From Candidatus Marinacidobacterales bacterium (GTDB taxonomy: Bacteria; Acidobacteriota; Vicinamibacteria; Marinacidobacterales; DATDRI01), in NCBI GenBank assembly GCA_965219415.1, contig OZ244742.1, forward strand, positions 32,001-96,000: a stretch of 64,000 nt of DNA, written 5' to 3'. Both the position numbers and the translations under genes were made by a program. Below are positions 11,426-20,551 of the stretch, piece by piece. Position 1 is the first letter of the stretch. The number at the start of each line of letters is the position of its first letter. Under the pieces are notes generated by a model. It was not told the DNA's origin and searched no databases. It saw nothing but the letters and a program-made list of their open reading frames with translations.

Positions 11426-11788
11426 AAACTTCCGTATTCCTCGGCGAAAGGAGACCCGTGGACTTTCAGGACTAATTCGGAGCTTTCAGTGTTTGATCAT
11501 CTGGACAGAAACGGCTCCCCATCCCGACTCCCCCATCATGAAGGCTAGGGAACTCAAAACTTGATCGACGGGATACGAGAACACGTCCTTGAGACGGCCC
11601 GCGAGCACGAGTCCTTCGGTCTGTCCGGCGTCGGAAAGGATGGTCCCCACTTCCTCGGGGAGTACTTGCTCGAGGGTCTTCTGGATCTCGGAAAGCAGAC
11701 TGGGCCTCATGAGCAAATACCGAAGTCCTTGAAGGTCGAGTCTCCCCTCCTCAGCGTCGAAGGAAAAGCTTTCCAGGATTTGATTCAT
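11425..11788 (-). pseudogene. V4R/XylR-N-like domain protein, frameshifted and truncated
   Basis: GRLDLQGLRYLLMRP...SGWG, continued in another frame by ELVLKVHGSPFAEEYG. Confidence 0.65.
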
Positions 11789-12021
11789 GAGTTGCCGTCA
11801 TCCAGTTGCGATTCGGGCATCACCCCAAACGGGACATCGTTTTTCTTCTTGCCAACGACGGTATCGCAGCGAGTACATCGGTACTCGTAAAGCTCTCCAT
11901 CGGGGAGCGCGAGAAGGAGGCGTTGTCGCACGGGAAGGGCCGCTTTGCAGGTGGGGCAAAAGAGACTGACCGCGTCGAATTCTTCGTAGTTCGGAGGATC
12001 CGAACGGTCGAAATTCCCCAT
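11785..12021 (-). CDS. Small zinc-ribbon protein
   Basis: CPTC...CTRC; stop overlaps V4R start (ATGA). Confidence 0.7.
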   Translation of the reverse strand: MGNFDRSDPPNYEEFDAVSLFCPTCKAALPVRQRLLLALPDGELYEYRCTRCDTVVGKKKNDVPFGVMPESQLDDGNS

Positions 12022-12065
12022 TAACCGGTAAGTATAACGTTTTCCGGGCAGCGATTTCTAGGGAT

Positions 12066-12165
12066 TTTCGTATCCACCCGCTCGCTTCGCAGGACTCCCG
12101 CGATGGCGGCAGGCGTCACCGACAGGCTATGGGATATTGCCGCCACGGTCACGTTGCCGAACTAG
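12066..12165 (+). mobile_element. IS1-like transposase C-terminal remnant
   Basis: Manual translation SLRRTPAMAAGVTDRLWDIA, the TPAMAAG.TD..W tail motif. Confidence 0.6.
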
Positions 12166-12291
12166 ACGTTCGCGCTAAACTGGTTCACCCGAGAGGTGCG
12201 CGACGTGGGCATGGCTTGGAGAGGGTTACTAACTCATCGGGTTCTTGATTTTTATTTCCGCCAAACTGGATAATCGCTGGGAGCGAAGTAG

Positions 12292-12639
12292 ATGAAAAAG
12301 GTCAATGTGCGAACCGAAGCATCCTCACTCGAAGAGTTCTGGTCGCAACGGACAGTCGGAGAGGCTAACGGCAATCTATTCAAGGTGGCCAAAGGAATCG
12401 GATCGACCAACTGGCACAAGCATGACGATCAGGATGAAGTCTTCTTCGTCTACAAGGGACGGTTAACAGTACAGCTCCGTAGCGGCAACGTCGAACTATC
12501 GGAGGGGGATATGTTCATCGTACCCAGAGGCGTGGAACATTGTCCAGTCGCGGAAGAGGAGGTCCACCTACTGCTCGTCGGGCCGGACATCACATCGAAC
12601 GAACAAGGGGGCAAGCCGGAATGGAGCTACAAGCGCTAA
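12292..12639 (+). CDS. Cupin domain protein
   Basis: WHKHDDQDEVFFV...GDMFIVPRGVEHCP. Confidence 0.9.
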   Translation: MKKVNVRTEASSLEEFWSQRTVGEANGNLFKVAKGIGSTNWHKHDDQDEVFFVYKGRLTVQLRSGNVELSEGDMFIVPRGVEHCPVAEEEVHLLLVGPDITSNEQGGKPEWSYKR

Positions 12640-12773
12640 CGGGCCTCGGTGGTAGCGCGCGCAAGACGTCCCAGGCGGGCGCGGTGGTGGGACACGTGCT
12701 TCTCTTCAGACTGGACCAACACCGGAGGCTTGAAGTGCGCCCGTGAGTCCTGCCGTAGCCAGGGGACGGCGGA

Positions 12774-13271
12774 CTAACGCTTGTAGGCTTCCTCCCCCAA
12801 ACCCCAATACCCGCGGGAATAGAAAACGAGAGGACGGCCCTCTTTGAGAACCTCGCCGCCCTGCACCTCTCCCACGAAAAGAGTGTGATCGGCCTGCTCG
12901 ATCCGCTGCACGACGTCGCAGTCTACATATCCCAAGCAGCCTTTGATGAGGGAGGGCGCTCCCGAGCGGTCTTCGTGCTCGATGTCCCCAAACTGCTCCT
13001 CGGACGATAGATCCGGTTTGGCAAAGTGATCCGAGAGCCCGCCCTGATCGTCGCCCAGGATGTTGACCGCGAACGAGTTCCCCTTGTCGATCGCTTCGTG
13101 TGCGCGTGCCTCCTTCAGGATGCAGATCAACACCACTGGCGGCTTCAAGCTGACCGACATGAACGAGCTGACCGTGATTCCCCGTTGTTCGCCATCCGGA
13201 CGGACGGCGGTGACGACGACCACCCCCTGAGGGAAAACCCTCATCACGCTGCGAAGCGCTTCTCCGTCCAT
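12774..13271 (-). CDS. Flavin reductase family protein
   Basis: GVVVVT...GITVSSFMSVSLKPP...FAVNIL...DHTLFVGEV. Confidence 0.9.
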   Translation of the reverse strand: MDGEALRSVMRVFPQGVVVVTAVRPDGEQRGITVSSFMSVSLKPPVVLICILKEARAHEAIDKGNSFAVNILGDDQGGLSDHFAKPDLSSEEQFGDIEHEDRSGAPSLIKGCLGYVDCDVVQRIEQADHTLFVGEVQGGEVLKEGRPLVFYSRGYWGLGEEAYKR

Positions 13272-13286
13272 CGGTGCGTTACCTCC

Positions 13287-13751
13287 TCAGATTTCTTCTA
13301 TGTCCGCGGACCACTCTACTTCGATGCCGCGCTTGACGCTCGTCGCCGCCGGGCACTTCTCCTCGTGGGTGGCGAGAGCCCTCTCGACTTTGTCTCGCTT
13401 GTCCTTCGGCACCTTCATCCGATAGCGAACCCGGATCTTGGTAATGACCATGACGCCGTCGATATCCTCGATGTCACCTTCGACGTCGGCCGAGAGTTTG
13501 TCTGGCTGACTCGGAATCCCGCGCACCTCCAGTGCGCCCCCAAGGGTGCCGACCAGTCACCCGCCGACGCCGGCCACGATGTGGTCCAGCGTTGCAGGGA
13601 GCTCCTCTTCGGGCTCGAGTCCGTAAAACTCCTTGATATTGGTATGTACGCCGAACCGTAGGGGATCCTCGAAATTCTCGATGTACGCGCGTCGAAGGGG
13701 TCCTTTGTCTTTTTCGATCCGGATATGCGATGTGTGAACTGGCTTGCCCAT
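13287..13751 (-). CDS. OsmC-like protein, probable selenoprotein (in-frame TGA at 13557-13559)
   Basis: ORFs 13557-13751 and 13287-13526 are in the same frame; DHIVAGVGG-U-LVGTL places U at the first OsmC Cys; second Cys in EEKCP; downstream hairpin GCGCAC-TGGAG-GTGCGC. Confidence 0.85.
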
Positions 13752-13845
13752 TCAGCCTCCTCCTGTCTCGATTCGGCGGGTATGTTAGCTCAAAATACGG
13801 GCCTGCGCCTTGCTAAATGCCGTTCACCGCAATAGCATCCGGGAA

Positions 13846-14832
13846 ATGCGACGACTACTAATTCTACCCACGGTGCTGCTCTTGATCACGGGGGCGGCGG
13901 TGGCCCAAGACCCCGCTCCCCTTTCGGACACAGAGATTCAGCGTCTGGTCGAACAGAAGCTTCGGGGGGAGAATCTGCTGACGGACGGGGTCGAGGTGTC
14001 GGTCGATGGCGGGGTCGTGACCCTCGGTGGCAAAGTGCCCAATGTCTCGACCAAGGATCGAATCATAGAGACCGCTCTTGAAGTGCTCCAGGTGAAGGAG
14101 GTTCTGAGCGAGTTGGAAATTGCCCCCGGTGACAGTGCCGAAGGCGCCGAGACCATCCAAGAGCCGACCCCATCCTCTGACGAGCAGATTCGGCAGCTCG
14201 TTGAAGAGAAGCTCCAGGCGGAAAAACTTCTAAAAGAAACTTTCGATGTGTCTGTCGAGGCCGGTGTGGTGACCTTAAAGGGCAAGGTGCCCAACGTGTG
14301 GACCAAGGATCGGATCGTCGCTATCGTGCTCGAAGTGCCCCAGGCGAAAGAGATCTTCAGTGAATTAGCCATTGCCACCGGCGAAAGTGACCAGGACCTG
14401 GCCAAACAACTGGCTGAGAAAATTCGGCGGTATCCCAACTATACGATCCACGACGAGGTGACCGGACGCGTGGAAGACGGCGCGGTCTACCTGATCGGAT
14501 GGGTCACCATGCCCTTCAAGTCGTCCGCGATCGAAGAGATGGCGTCCAAGATTCTAGGCGTTCAGGAAGTCCGTAACGAAATTAGCGTCCTACCAACGTC
14601 GTCGATCGACGCCAAGCTGCGAGAAACTCTGGCGCAGCGCATCTACGGTAACTCCACCTTTCGGGCCTATGCCTCCCAGGTCTACCCTCCCATTCACATC
14701 ATCGTGCATAGCAGCCGAGTCCTTTTGACCGGGGTCGTAAATTCGGAAATAGAAAAAGTAAAGGCGGAACGGATCACCAACTCGACGTTCGGCGTCCTGT
14801 CGGTGGAGAACCTTCTTCGAGTCGAGCGCTAA
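13846..14832 (+). CDS. Secreted multi-BON domain protein
   Basis: Signal peptide; repeats of VSVDGGVVTLGGKVP / VLLTGVV...GVLSVENLL. Confidence 0.9.
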   Translation: MRRLLILPTVLLLITGAAVAQDPAPLSDTEIQRLVEQKLRGENLLTDGVEVSVDGGVVTLGGKVPNVSTKDRIIETALEVLQVKEVLSELEIAPGDSAEGAETIQEPTPSSDEQIRQLVEEKLQAEKLLKETFDVSVEAGVVTLKGKVPNVWTKDRIVAIVLEVPQAKEIFSELAIATGESDQDLAKQLAEKIRRYPNYTIHDEVTGRVEDGAVYLIGWVTMPFKSSAIEEMASKILGVQEVRNEISVLPTSSIDAKLRETLAQRIYGNSTFRAYASQVYPPIHIIVHSSRVLLTGVVNSEIEKVKAERITNSTFGVLSVENLLRVER

Positions 14833-14857
14833 AAGGGGCGGGCTCCTCGCCCGCCCC
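14831..14857. terminator. Hairpin terminator between convergent genes
   Basis: GGGGCGGGC-5 nt-GCCCGCCCC with AAAA on the left (U-tract on minus strand). Confidence 0.6.
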
Positions 14858-14870
14858 CGGTGTGTGCCGC

Positions 14871-15210
14871 CTAGTCAGAGGTGGGAGAACTCGGCATGTA
14901 GCTCAGGTCGGCTCGATAAGCCAAGAGCGTGGTCCGATAATCATAGATGGACTCGTTGAGCGTGCGAATGATGGCCCGGCCTCGGTGTTGCCATAGGCTT
15001 TCTTCGAGCATCTTTCGGGAGGGGCGTGCCGCTTGGCGCCATCCCCGCCCAGCCCTTGTTTGGGAGGAAGATGATGAAGGAGGGTTGACTGCCTCCGGTG
15101 ACGGCACGACTGAAATAGTACTTCGTATCCGAGCCGGTTTTCGTGATCGCATCCGAGATCTTGCTCACCGCATTCATGTACGCATCGGCCTTGTCGGGCA
15201 TCGCGCTCAC
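14871..15210 (-). pseudogene. C-terminal part of secreted protein interrupted by IS256-A
   Basis: AMPDKADAYMNAVSKI...FIIFLPNKGWAGMAP...YRADLSYMP resembles a second alpha/beta barrel-like half of the 16540-16911 piece. Confidence 0.6.
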
Positions 15211-16539
15211 TCGACGACTCCGTTACCCTGTCTCCATCTTCAAATCGAACGCCCAGGTGAACCTCTCGCATCAGCTCCGGTGCGTTGAGCCGGCGAAAAT
15301 TCTTCTCCGCAACCAGAAGCAGTTTGAAGATTGTCGCAGTGGCGGACTCGATTTTCTTGAACCTTTTGGCCGCATCCGTTCTCAATCTCAGTGCAGCGAA
15401 CGGTGATTCCACGACGTTGCTCGTGCGAAGGTGTTGCCAGTGAGGCTTGGGAAAGGAATAGAAGCTGACCATCCGCTCCCAGTCCTCGTCGAGCACGTGC
15501 GCGGCCCCCGGAAGACCCTTGCGCAAGCACCAATCCTGGAACTTGGCCTTCTTCGTCTCGCACTCCTGCAGGCTGGTGGGGTAGGGGATCGCCGTCAACA
15601 GCGGCTTGGCCTGCGCCTGGTCCCTTTTCGGAATCCGGTCCAGTACGTTGAGGATTCGGTGGTTCCAGCACCGCTGCTCCTCAGCTTCTGGAAATACGTT
15701 TCGGGTCGCGGCCCAGATGCCGAGATGACCGTCACCGATCACCAAACGGGGACATCTCAGACCGCGCTTCTTCAGTCTCCGTAGCAGCGACGACCATGAC
15801 GCTTCGGGATTCTCGATGCCCGGCCTCCAGCGTCAGGACGATTTTCGTCCCGTCGGACAGGCCACCAACCGCAACTAGCACCGCCGCCTTGTCCTTCTCA
15901 AGGCCGGCCTTCACGTACACGCCATCTACCCACAGGGACACGAGCTCGAGTTCATCCAGTGGGCGAGCTAGCCACTGCTCGTACTCTCCCTGCCATTTCT
16001 GTTTCAGCCGCGACACCGTGCTGGGAGAAAGTGGAGCGTCCTCCCCTAGAAGCCCGCGGAGCGCCAAATCGAAATCTCCGTGAGCTAGTCCATGCAGGTA
16101 CAGCTCCGGAATCAACTCGCTCACCGTTTCGCTCCGACGCTTGAACAGCGGAAGCACTCGACTTTCGAACCTCTCCTCCACGTCCCGTACTCTCGGCCGG
16201 CGAACCGTCACCGTGCCCACGCTCATCGTCAGCTTCCGAGGCTTACCGTATCCATTTCGATAGCCCGCCGTTGTGTCCACGGGCTTCCGTCTCTCCGATT
16301 TCTCACGCCCGAGAAGCTCCGTGACTTCGGCTACCATCAGCTCCTGCACCCAATCCTGGATCTCGAGCCTCGCCCACTTCTCCAGCGACTCCCAAGCCAC
16401 CCTTGACGAGCTCCGTCGTCTTGTGGTCTTTTCCTTCATGGCGGTGTCTCCTTCCGTTGGCCCCTTCAGGCCGTGTTTCGTGACGCGGAAGGTTATACTT
16501 CGCCTTTACTTTATTTCCACACCTTCTGAGGGTAGCTCC
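15211..16539 (-). mobile_element. IS256-family element A, copy 1 (left TIR present, last ~49 bp missing, frameshift ~15800)
   Basis: Near-identical to 60354-61637; left end GGAGCTACCCTCAGAAGGTGTGGAAATAAAGT. Confidence 0.92.
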
Positions 16540-16911
16540 TGGCATGTCCGCGATGTACTTGATATTGGCAGCCTCCGTATAGGGCCCGGAGTTCATCTTT
16601 CGGTTCGCCAAATCCTCGGCACGGTCGATCGGCATGTTGTCGAAATCCGCCCATTTGTGCTCGAAGGTGCCGACCACATAGTCACCCACGTTCTCACCAC
16701 TGACGATTTCCCAGACGAACCATTGCCAGGTGTCGCCTTTCTCGCGGTGGAACGCCATGTGCTTCTTGGTGCCCTCCTCCCATTTGTCCTTCATGCCCGC
16801 CTTGGGCGTCACGTGAATCATCATACCCACCACGTTTTCGTCTTGGGCCGCGGCCGGTAGCGAAAGAGCTACCAGACTGACAACCAATGCAACGAGAACT
16901 AGTTTCTTCAT
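16540..16911 (-). pseudogene. N-terminal part of secreted NIPSNAP-like (dimeric alpha/beta barrel) protein interrupted by IS256-A
   Basis: Signal peptide MKKLVLVAL...AAAQ; PKAGMKDKWEEG..KH...W.W.VWEIVSG...HKWADFD; fold call is tentative. Confidence 0.6.
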
Positions 16912-17239
16912 GAGTTCCCCCTTTCGCGAGGTAATACTGAGGCATCCACTCGGTTTCGGCTGGGGCACACCCTACGCCTGGGTCATGTGGAAGTCAAGGC
17001 GTGGGGCGTTTTGAACGCGGTAGAAGTTTTTACGACCAAAGGGCGGGGACGAGATTCGGCACGGATAGTTACTGCCGGGGACTATCCGCACCAGGACGAG
17101 GCTACGCGCGAGGGATTACGAATCATATCCTTTGTCCCGATTCGTCTGACGGGCGGTCCTGCCTGGGGATCGGGATATTCAAGTCAGAATCAGTCTCGCG
17201 AGGAAAACAATAACGAAGAGCGCGACCACCAGAACTGTG

Positions 17240-17441
17240 AGACTGGCGAAGACAGCGCGGGCTTCTCGCTCGAATCTCTTACGGACTTCGGGATGGCTGG
17301 CTACGCGAGACGGAAGACTTTGATGGCGACGGTGCGATCGAGGCGAGTGTCTTTGGCTTTAGACACCTCACCCATGCCACCTGCACCGAGAGGTGCCAGG
17401 ATTTCATAGGGACCCAGCTTGGTGCCGGGAGTTAATGACAT
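17240..17441 (-). pseudogene. Ser/Thr protein kinase N-terminal remnant
   Basis: Manual translation [42 protein letters not shown] then, after a frameshift, PEVRKRFEREARAV. Confidence 0.8.
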
Positions 17442-18538
17442 GGCTAGCCCTTTGATCGTGAAAATAGCCCTGCACAGGCTGAAAAGTCAACGAGTAGACC
17501 GGCCCGCGCTCGCGCGCGAGGCTGCTTGAGCGGCGGTATCGTTGCATCGCCTCTTTCCCGTAGTCGCACTCGGCGAGATACCGGTTGTGCGCGGGACACA
17601 TCATCTGGATATTTTCGGGGCTATGGTCGCCGCCACGAGCAAAGGGATCGTGGTGATGGAATTGGAGTGTCTGCCGCTCGTTGCAGCGTCTACCTCGTGC
17701 GTCCACGAAGGTGCACTGATTTCCGTCACGCTCGGCAACCGCGCGTCTCACGGGGGCCGGGATATAACGTGACGACGGTGACGTATCGGTCTCTTCGACG
17801 CTCTTCCTGGGGGCTTTCGACTTCCCAAAGCGCCGCGACTCCAGTCGTTCGAGCTTTTCGGTCACCGCCTCTTCTATGATCGCCCCCAGGTCGCCGTCGG
17901 GAACCGAGCCTCGCACAAGCCCTCGCAGACGCTCGATCTTGTCTTTCAGCTCCGCGCTGGCCGTGAACTGCACTTTGTAACGGGCGGGGGCGAGAGGCTC
18001 CACGAACGCGGGCTTGGCCTTCGCCGGAGTGGGTAGATCGGTTACTTGGTCCGGACCTAGTTGAGGTGCCGGCGGCCGTTTTGTCTTTGCCCGGTGCACG
18101 GGTAGCTTGCGCATCGTCGTGGGAACATCCGGTTTAGGCGAAAGCTCGGCCACGAGCTCCTCGATTTCCCGCTTCGACTTGTGCACGGCACGGGCCAGCA
18201 AGCTCTCTCGATTGGCCTCCGTGAGCAGCGGCGCGATCTTCGCGATACCGTTCAAGTGAAGGCGCCCGTCCTCCAGCATCACCAGAAGGACGGGATGCGT
18301 TCGCGACGCACGCGCCACCGCAATCCGCAGATAGGCTTCCCACTCTGACAGATGCAGGACCTCCGTACAAGTACGCGAACATCGATGAGCAAGCTTCACG
18401 TGCGTAGAGGCGCCGCTCGTCTACCTCGGCAATGTGTGCGACCAACTCCGACTCGACGCGTCGTGATCGTTGCACCAGCCCCGATAAGCGGTGAAGTAGC
18501 TCATCATCCGAAATTGATTTCAATAACTTCTTAAACAT
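17404..18538 (-). CDS. DUF222-like N-terminal domain + HNH endonuclease (frameshift ~18375)
   Basis: SDDELL..L..LV...[14 protein letters not shown]...[20 protein letters not shown]; C-terminal [19 protein letters not shown]...C......[24 protein letters not shown]. Confidence 0.85.
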
Positions 18539-18559
18539 TCCTCGTCCCTCCTCAAGACT

Positions 18560-18755
18560 AATATAACAACGGTCTTTTTTTGGCCTTGAGACGACTTAGA
18601 GTCGGGAGGAACGTGCTTCGACGACGTTTTTGTCTCGAAGCTTGTAGGCGTTGACTAGAGCGTCAACGTCAGCTCGAGAGATGGCACTGCGAAAGCATCA
18701 GAGAAGCTATCAAAACTTGTTGTGGGATCTTGTCAAGAGAAAATTCATTTTTTTT
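18560..18755. other. Conserved non-coding leader of HNH element (candidate ncRNA or element end), copy 1
   Basis: 18560-18608 matches 33781-33828 (35/49 identical by manual alignment); TGTCAAG at +171 and a T8 tract, as in copy 2. Confidence 0.6.
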
Positions 18756-18781
18756 CTTGGAGGGACATTGGGGGACATCGT

Positions 18782-18915
18782 TCAGTTGGTGGGGGCGAGG
18801 CATTCCAGCTCTTCGAACCAGTTGAGGACCAGGTTCAGTTGCGTCGAGCCAGATGCTTCCTGAGACGGCTGGATCATCACGAACCGCTGACACCATCCGG
18901 CGAGACGTTGTAACG
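18782..18915 (-). pseudogene. C-terminal remnant of Ser/Thr kinase-PD40/TolB-like protein
   Basis: YNVSPDG..RFVMIQ......QLNLVLNWFEELECLAPTN*, a tail motif of acidobacterial kinase-beta-propeller proteins. Confidence 0.6.
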
Positions 18916-18930
18916 GAGCCCGCAATGGCT

Positions 18931-19350
18931 TTAAGGGTGTGAGGAAGAGCTTTTCATTTCAAATTCAACCCTGATAATCCCGACCGCGTCGACTGGCTTT
19001 CCTCCTTGGAGTGCCGGTTTAAAGCGCCACTGCTGAGCCGCTTCGATCGCAGCATCGTCGCATCCGTAGGGTAGTGACTCCAGGACACGCAAGACCTCGG
19101 TGGACCCCTCCCTGCGTACCAGTATCTCGAGGACCACGTCGCCGCGGATAAACCTCTTACTCGCCTGTGGGTGGGTAGTCGGGAGTGACCTCGTGAATCA
19201 CCACTGGTTCGATATCCCAGGCTTTCCCTCCTGCTTGTCTTTGATGGATTGCACTAGTCGGGCGATTCTCTCCTCACTGGTTTCCGCGGGCCCGGATTCC
19301 GTAGGTTTACCCGCTAGTCGAGAACCGAGCAACGCAGCGGCAGTGACCTC
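18931..19350 (-). pseudogene. TonB C-terminal domain protein remnant
   Basis: IRGDVVLEILVRREG...VLESLPYGCDDAAIEAAQQWRFKPALQGGKPV. Confidence 0.75.
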
Positions 19351-19450
19351 GTCGTAACACTGAAGACGCTGAAGGCTATCTGTAATCCGACAAGCTTTCG
19401 TGCAAGAAAACTAGGTCGGTTGCTTCCTGAGAAACTACGGTACGAAGTTT

Positions 19451-19497
19451 TGGCGTCCCCAGGGGGAGTCGAACCCCCGTTTTCGCGGTGAAAGGGG
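19451..19497 (-). other. tRNA-Glu(TTC) 3' half, att-like remnant
   Basis: rc CCCCTTTCACCGCGAAAACGGGGGTTCGACTCCCCCTGGGGACGCCA: anticodon TTC, T arm and CCA; no 5' half. Confidence 0.75.
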
Positions 19498-19698
19498 CAT
19501 TGTCATCTCCCAAGGCACGCTGGCAAGACGGAGAGGCTCTCTAGGAGGGTGCTGGGAGGACATTGAGAGTGTCCTTCTGTCTCACCGTGGCAAGTTTCCC
19601 CGGCGAGGGAGACCCAGGAGTTTGTGCCGAGGCGTCACCTTTTCGTCACCTAACGGACAATCTGGCTTCGGTCGATTCCCTGCAACTCGTGGAAAAGA

Positions 19699-19715
19699 TT
19701 GGCTGGAGCGGGAGG
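19699..19715 (-). repeat. 17-bp duplicate of tRNA-Asn 3' end (attR-like)
   Basis: TTGGCTGGAGCGGGAGG is identical at 19911-19927. Confidence 0.8.
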
Positions 19716-19911
19716 TTGTTGCTCCCAAAATCGGGATAAGCCTCTCCGGTCAAGGAGTACCGCGGTGGCACTGCCTAGTTCGATTGTTCGGGGCCCTCGT
19801 TTGGCAACTCGGTTGGCACACGCCGCTGTTGCGGAGCACCACTTGATTGCAGACCGGCGCGGATGGTGGCACAACCTCGTCAGTTGGCTTGGCGTTGATG
19901 AGTGGCAAAGT

Positions 19912-19986
19912 TGGCTGGAGCGGGAGGATTCGAACCTCCGGTGGCCTGGTTAACAGCCAGGTGCCTTACCGCTTGGCTACGCTCCA
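19912..19986 (-). tRNA. tRNA-Asn(GTT)
   Basis: 75 nt cloverleaf: TGGAGCG/CGCTCCA acceptor, GCC/GGC D stem, CCTGG-CTGTTAA-CCAGG, GGAGG-TTCGAAT-CCTCC, G-CCA. Confidence 0.95.
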
Positions 19987-20008
19987 ACAGTTGGCGATTG
20001 GAAAAAAT

Positions 20009-20551
20009 TCATTCTTTCGAATCGAAGACAGCCGAATGCTGCTTTTCCACCGCCGCCCCCTTCGCCGCTACCGAAAGCTTCAGCGACAGCGTCTCGTGGG
20101 TCGGCGCGCTGCACGCGACATCCGTGCAAACTTGATAGTTGATTCTAACATCAACCGGAAGCGGGTTGCCCTCGGAGGCCTCGCTTGCTACGGAAATCGG
20201 GATTCGAATGGCAATCTTACCCTCGTACAGATCGTATTTTCCGAGGCCGGATAAGTCACGGGTGACGACCGGAGGGAAAACCGGGTCCCCGGTGGGCTCG
20301 ATCAGCTCTCCGGACACCGCCACCTCCGTCCGGCTCGGCTTCCTCTCTTCGGGACCATATAGATGATAGCCGGGGTCGATCTCAGCAAGGACGGCCACCT
20401 CGAGCTGATCGCCCGGCCGCACTGGGTCTTGCGACGCGACGAGCTCGAAGCGAATCGAGTTCTCCCAGTCGGGAACGTCGAAGTTCTGAGCGAAGACGAG
20501 CGAACCAGCGAACAGCAGCAGAGCGGCTGAGGGCACGCTGTGTTTAATCAT
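20009..20551 (-). CDS. Secreted DsbD N-terminal (nDsbD-like) domain protein
   Basis: Signal peptide; IDPGYHLY; YQVCTDVAC..P. Confidence 0.85.
   Translation of the reverse strand: MIKHSVPSAALLLFAGSLVFAQNFDVPDWENSIRFELVASQDPVRPGDQLEVAVLAEIDPGYHLYGPEERKPSRTEVAVSGELIEPTGDPVFPPVVTRDLSGLGKYDLYEGKIAIRIPISVASEASEGNPLPVDVRINYQVCTDVACSAPTHETLSLKLSVAAKGAAVEKQHSAVFDSKE

Noticed and set aside
11486-11488. TGA at end of V4R ORF as a third selenocysteine
   Set aside because: V4R similarity continues in a different frame (ELVLKVHGSPFAEEYG), so this is a frameshift, not read-through.
19785-19910. TGGCA motifs as sigma54 promoters
   Set aside because: The GG-N10-GC spacing is not met where checked; better read as arm-like repeats.
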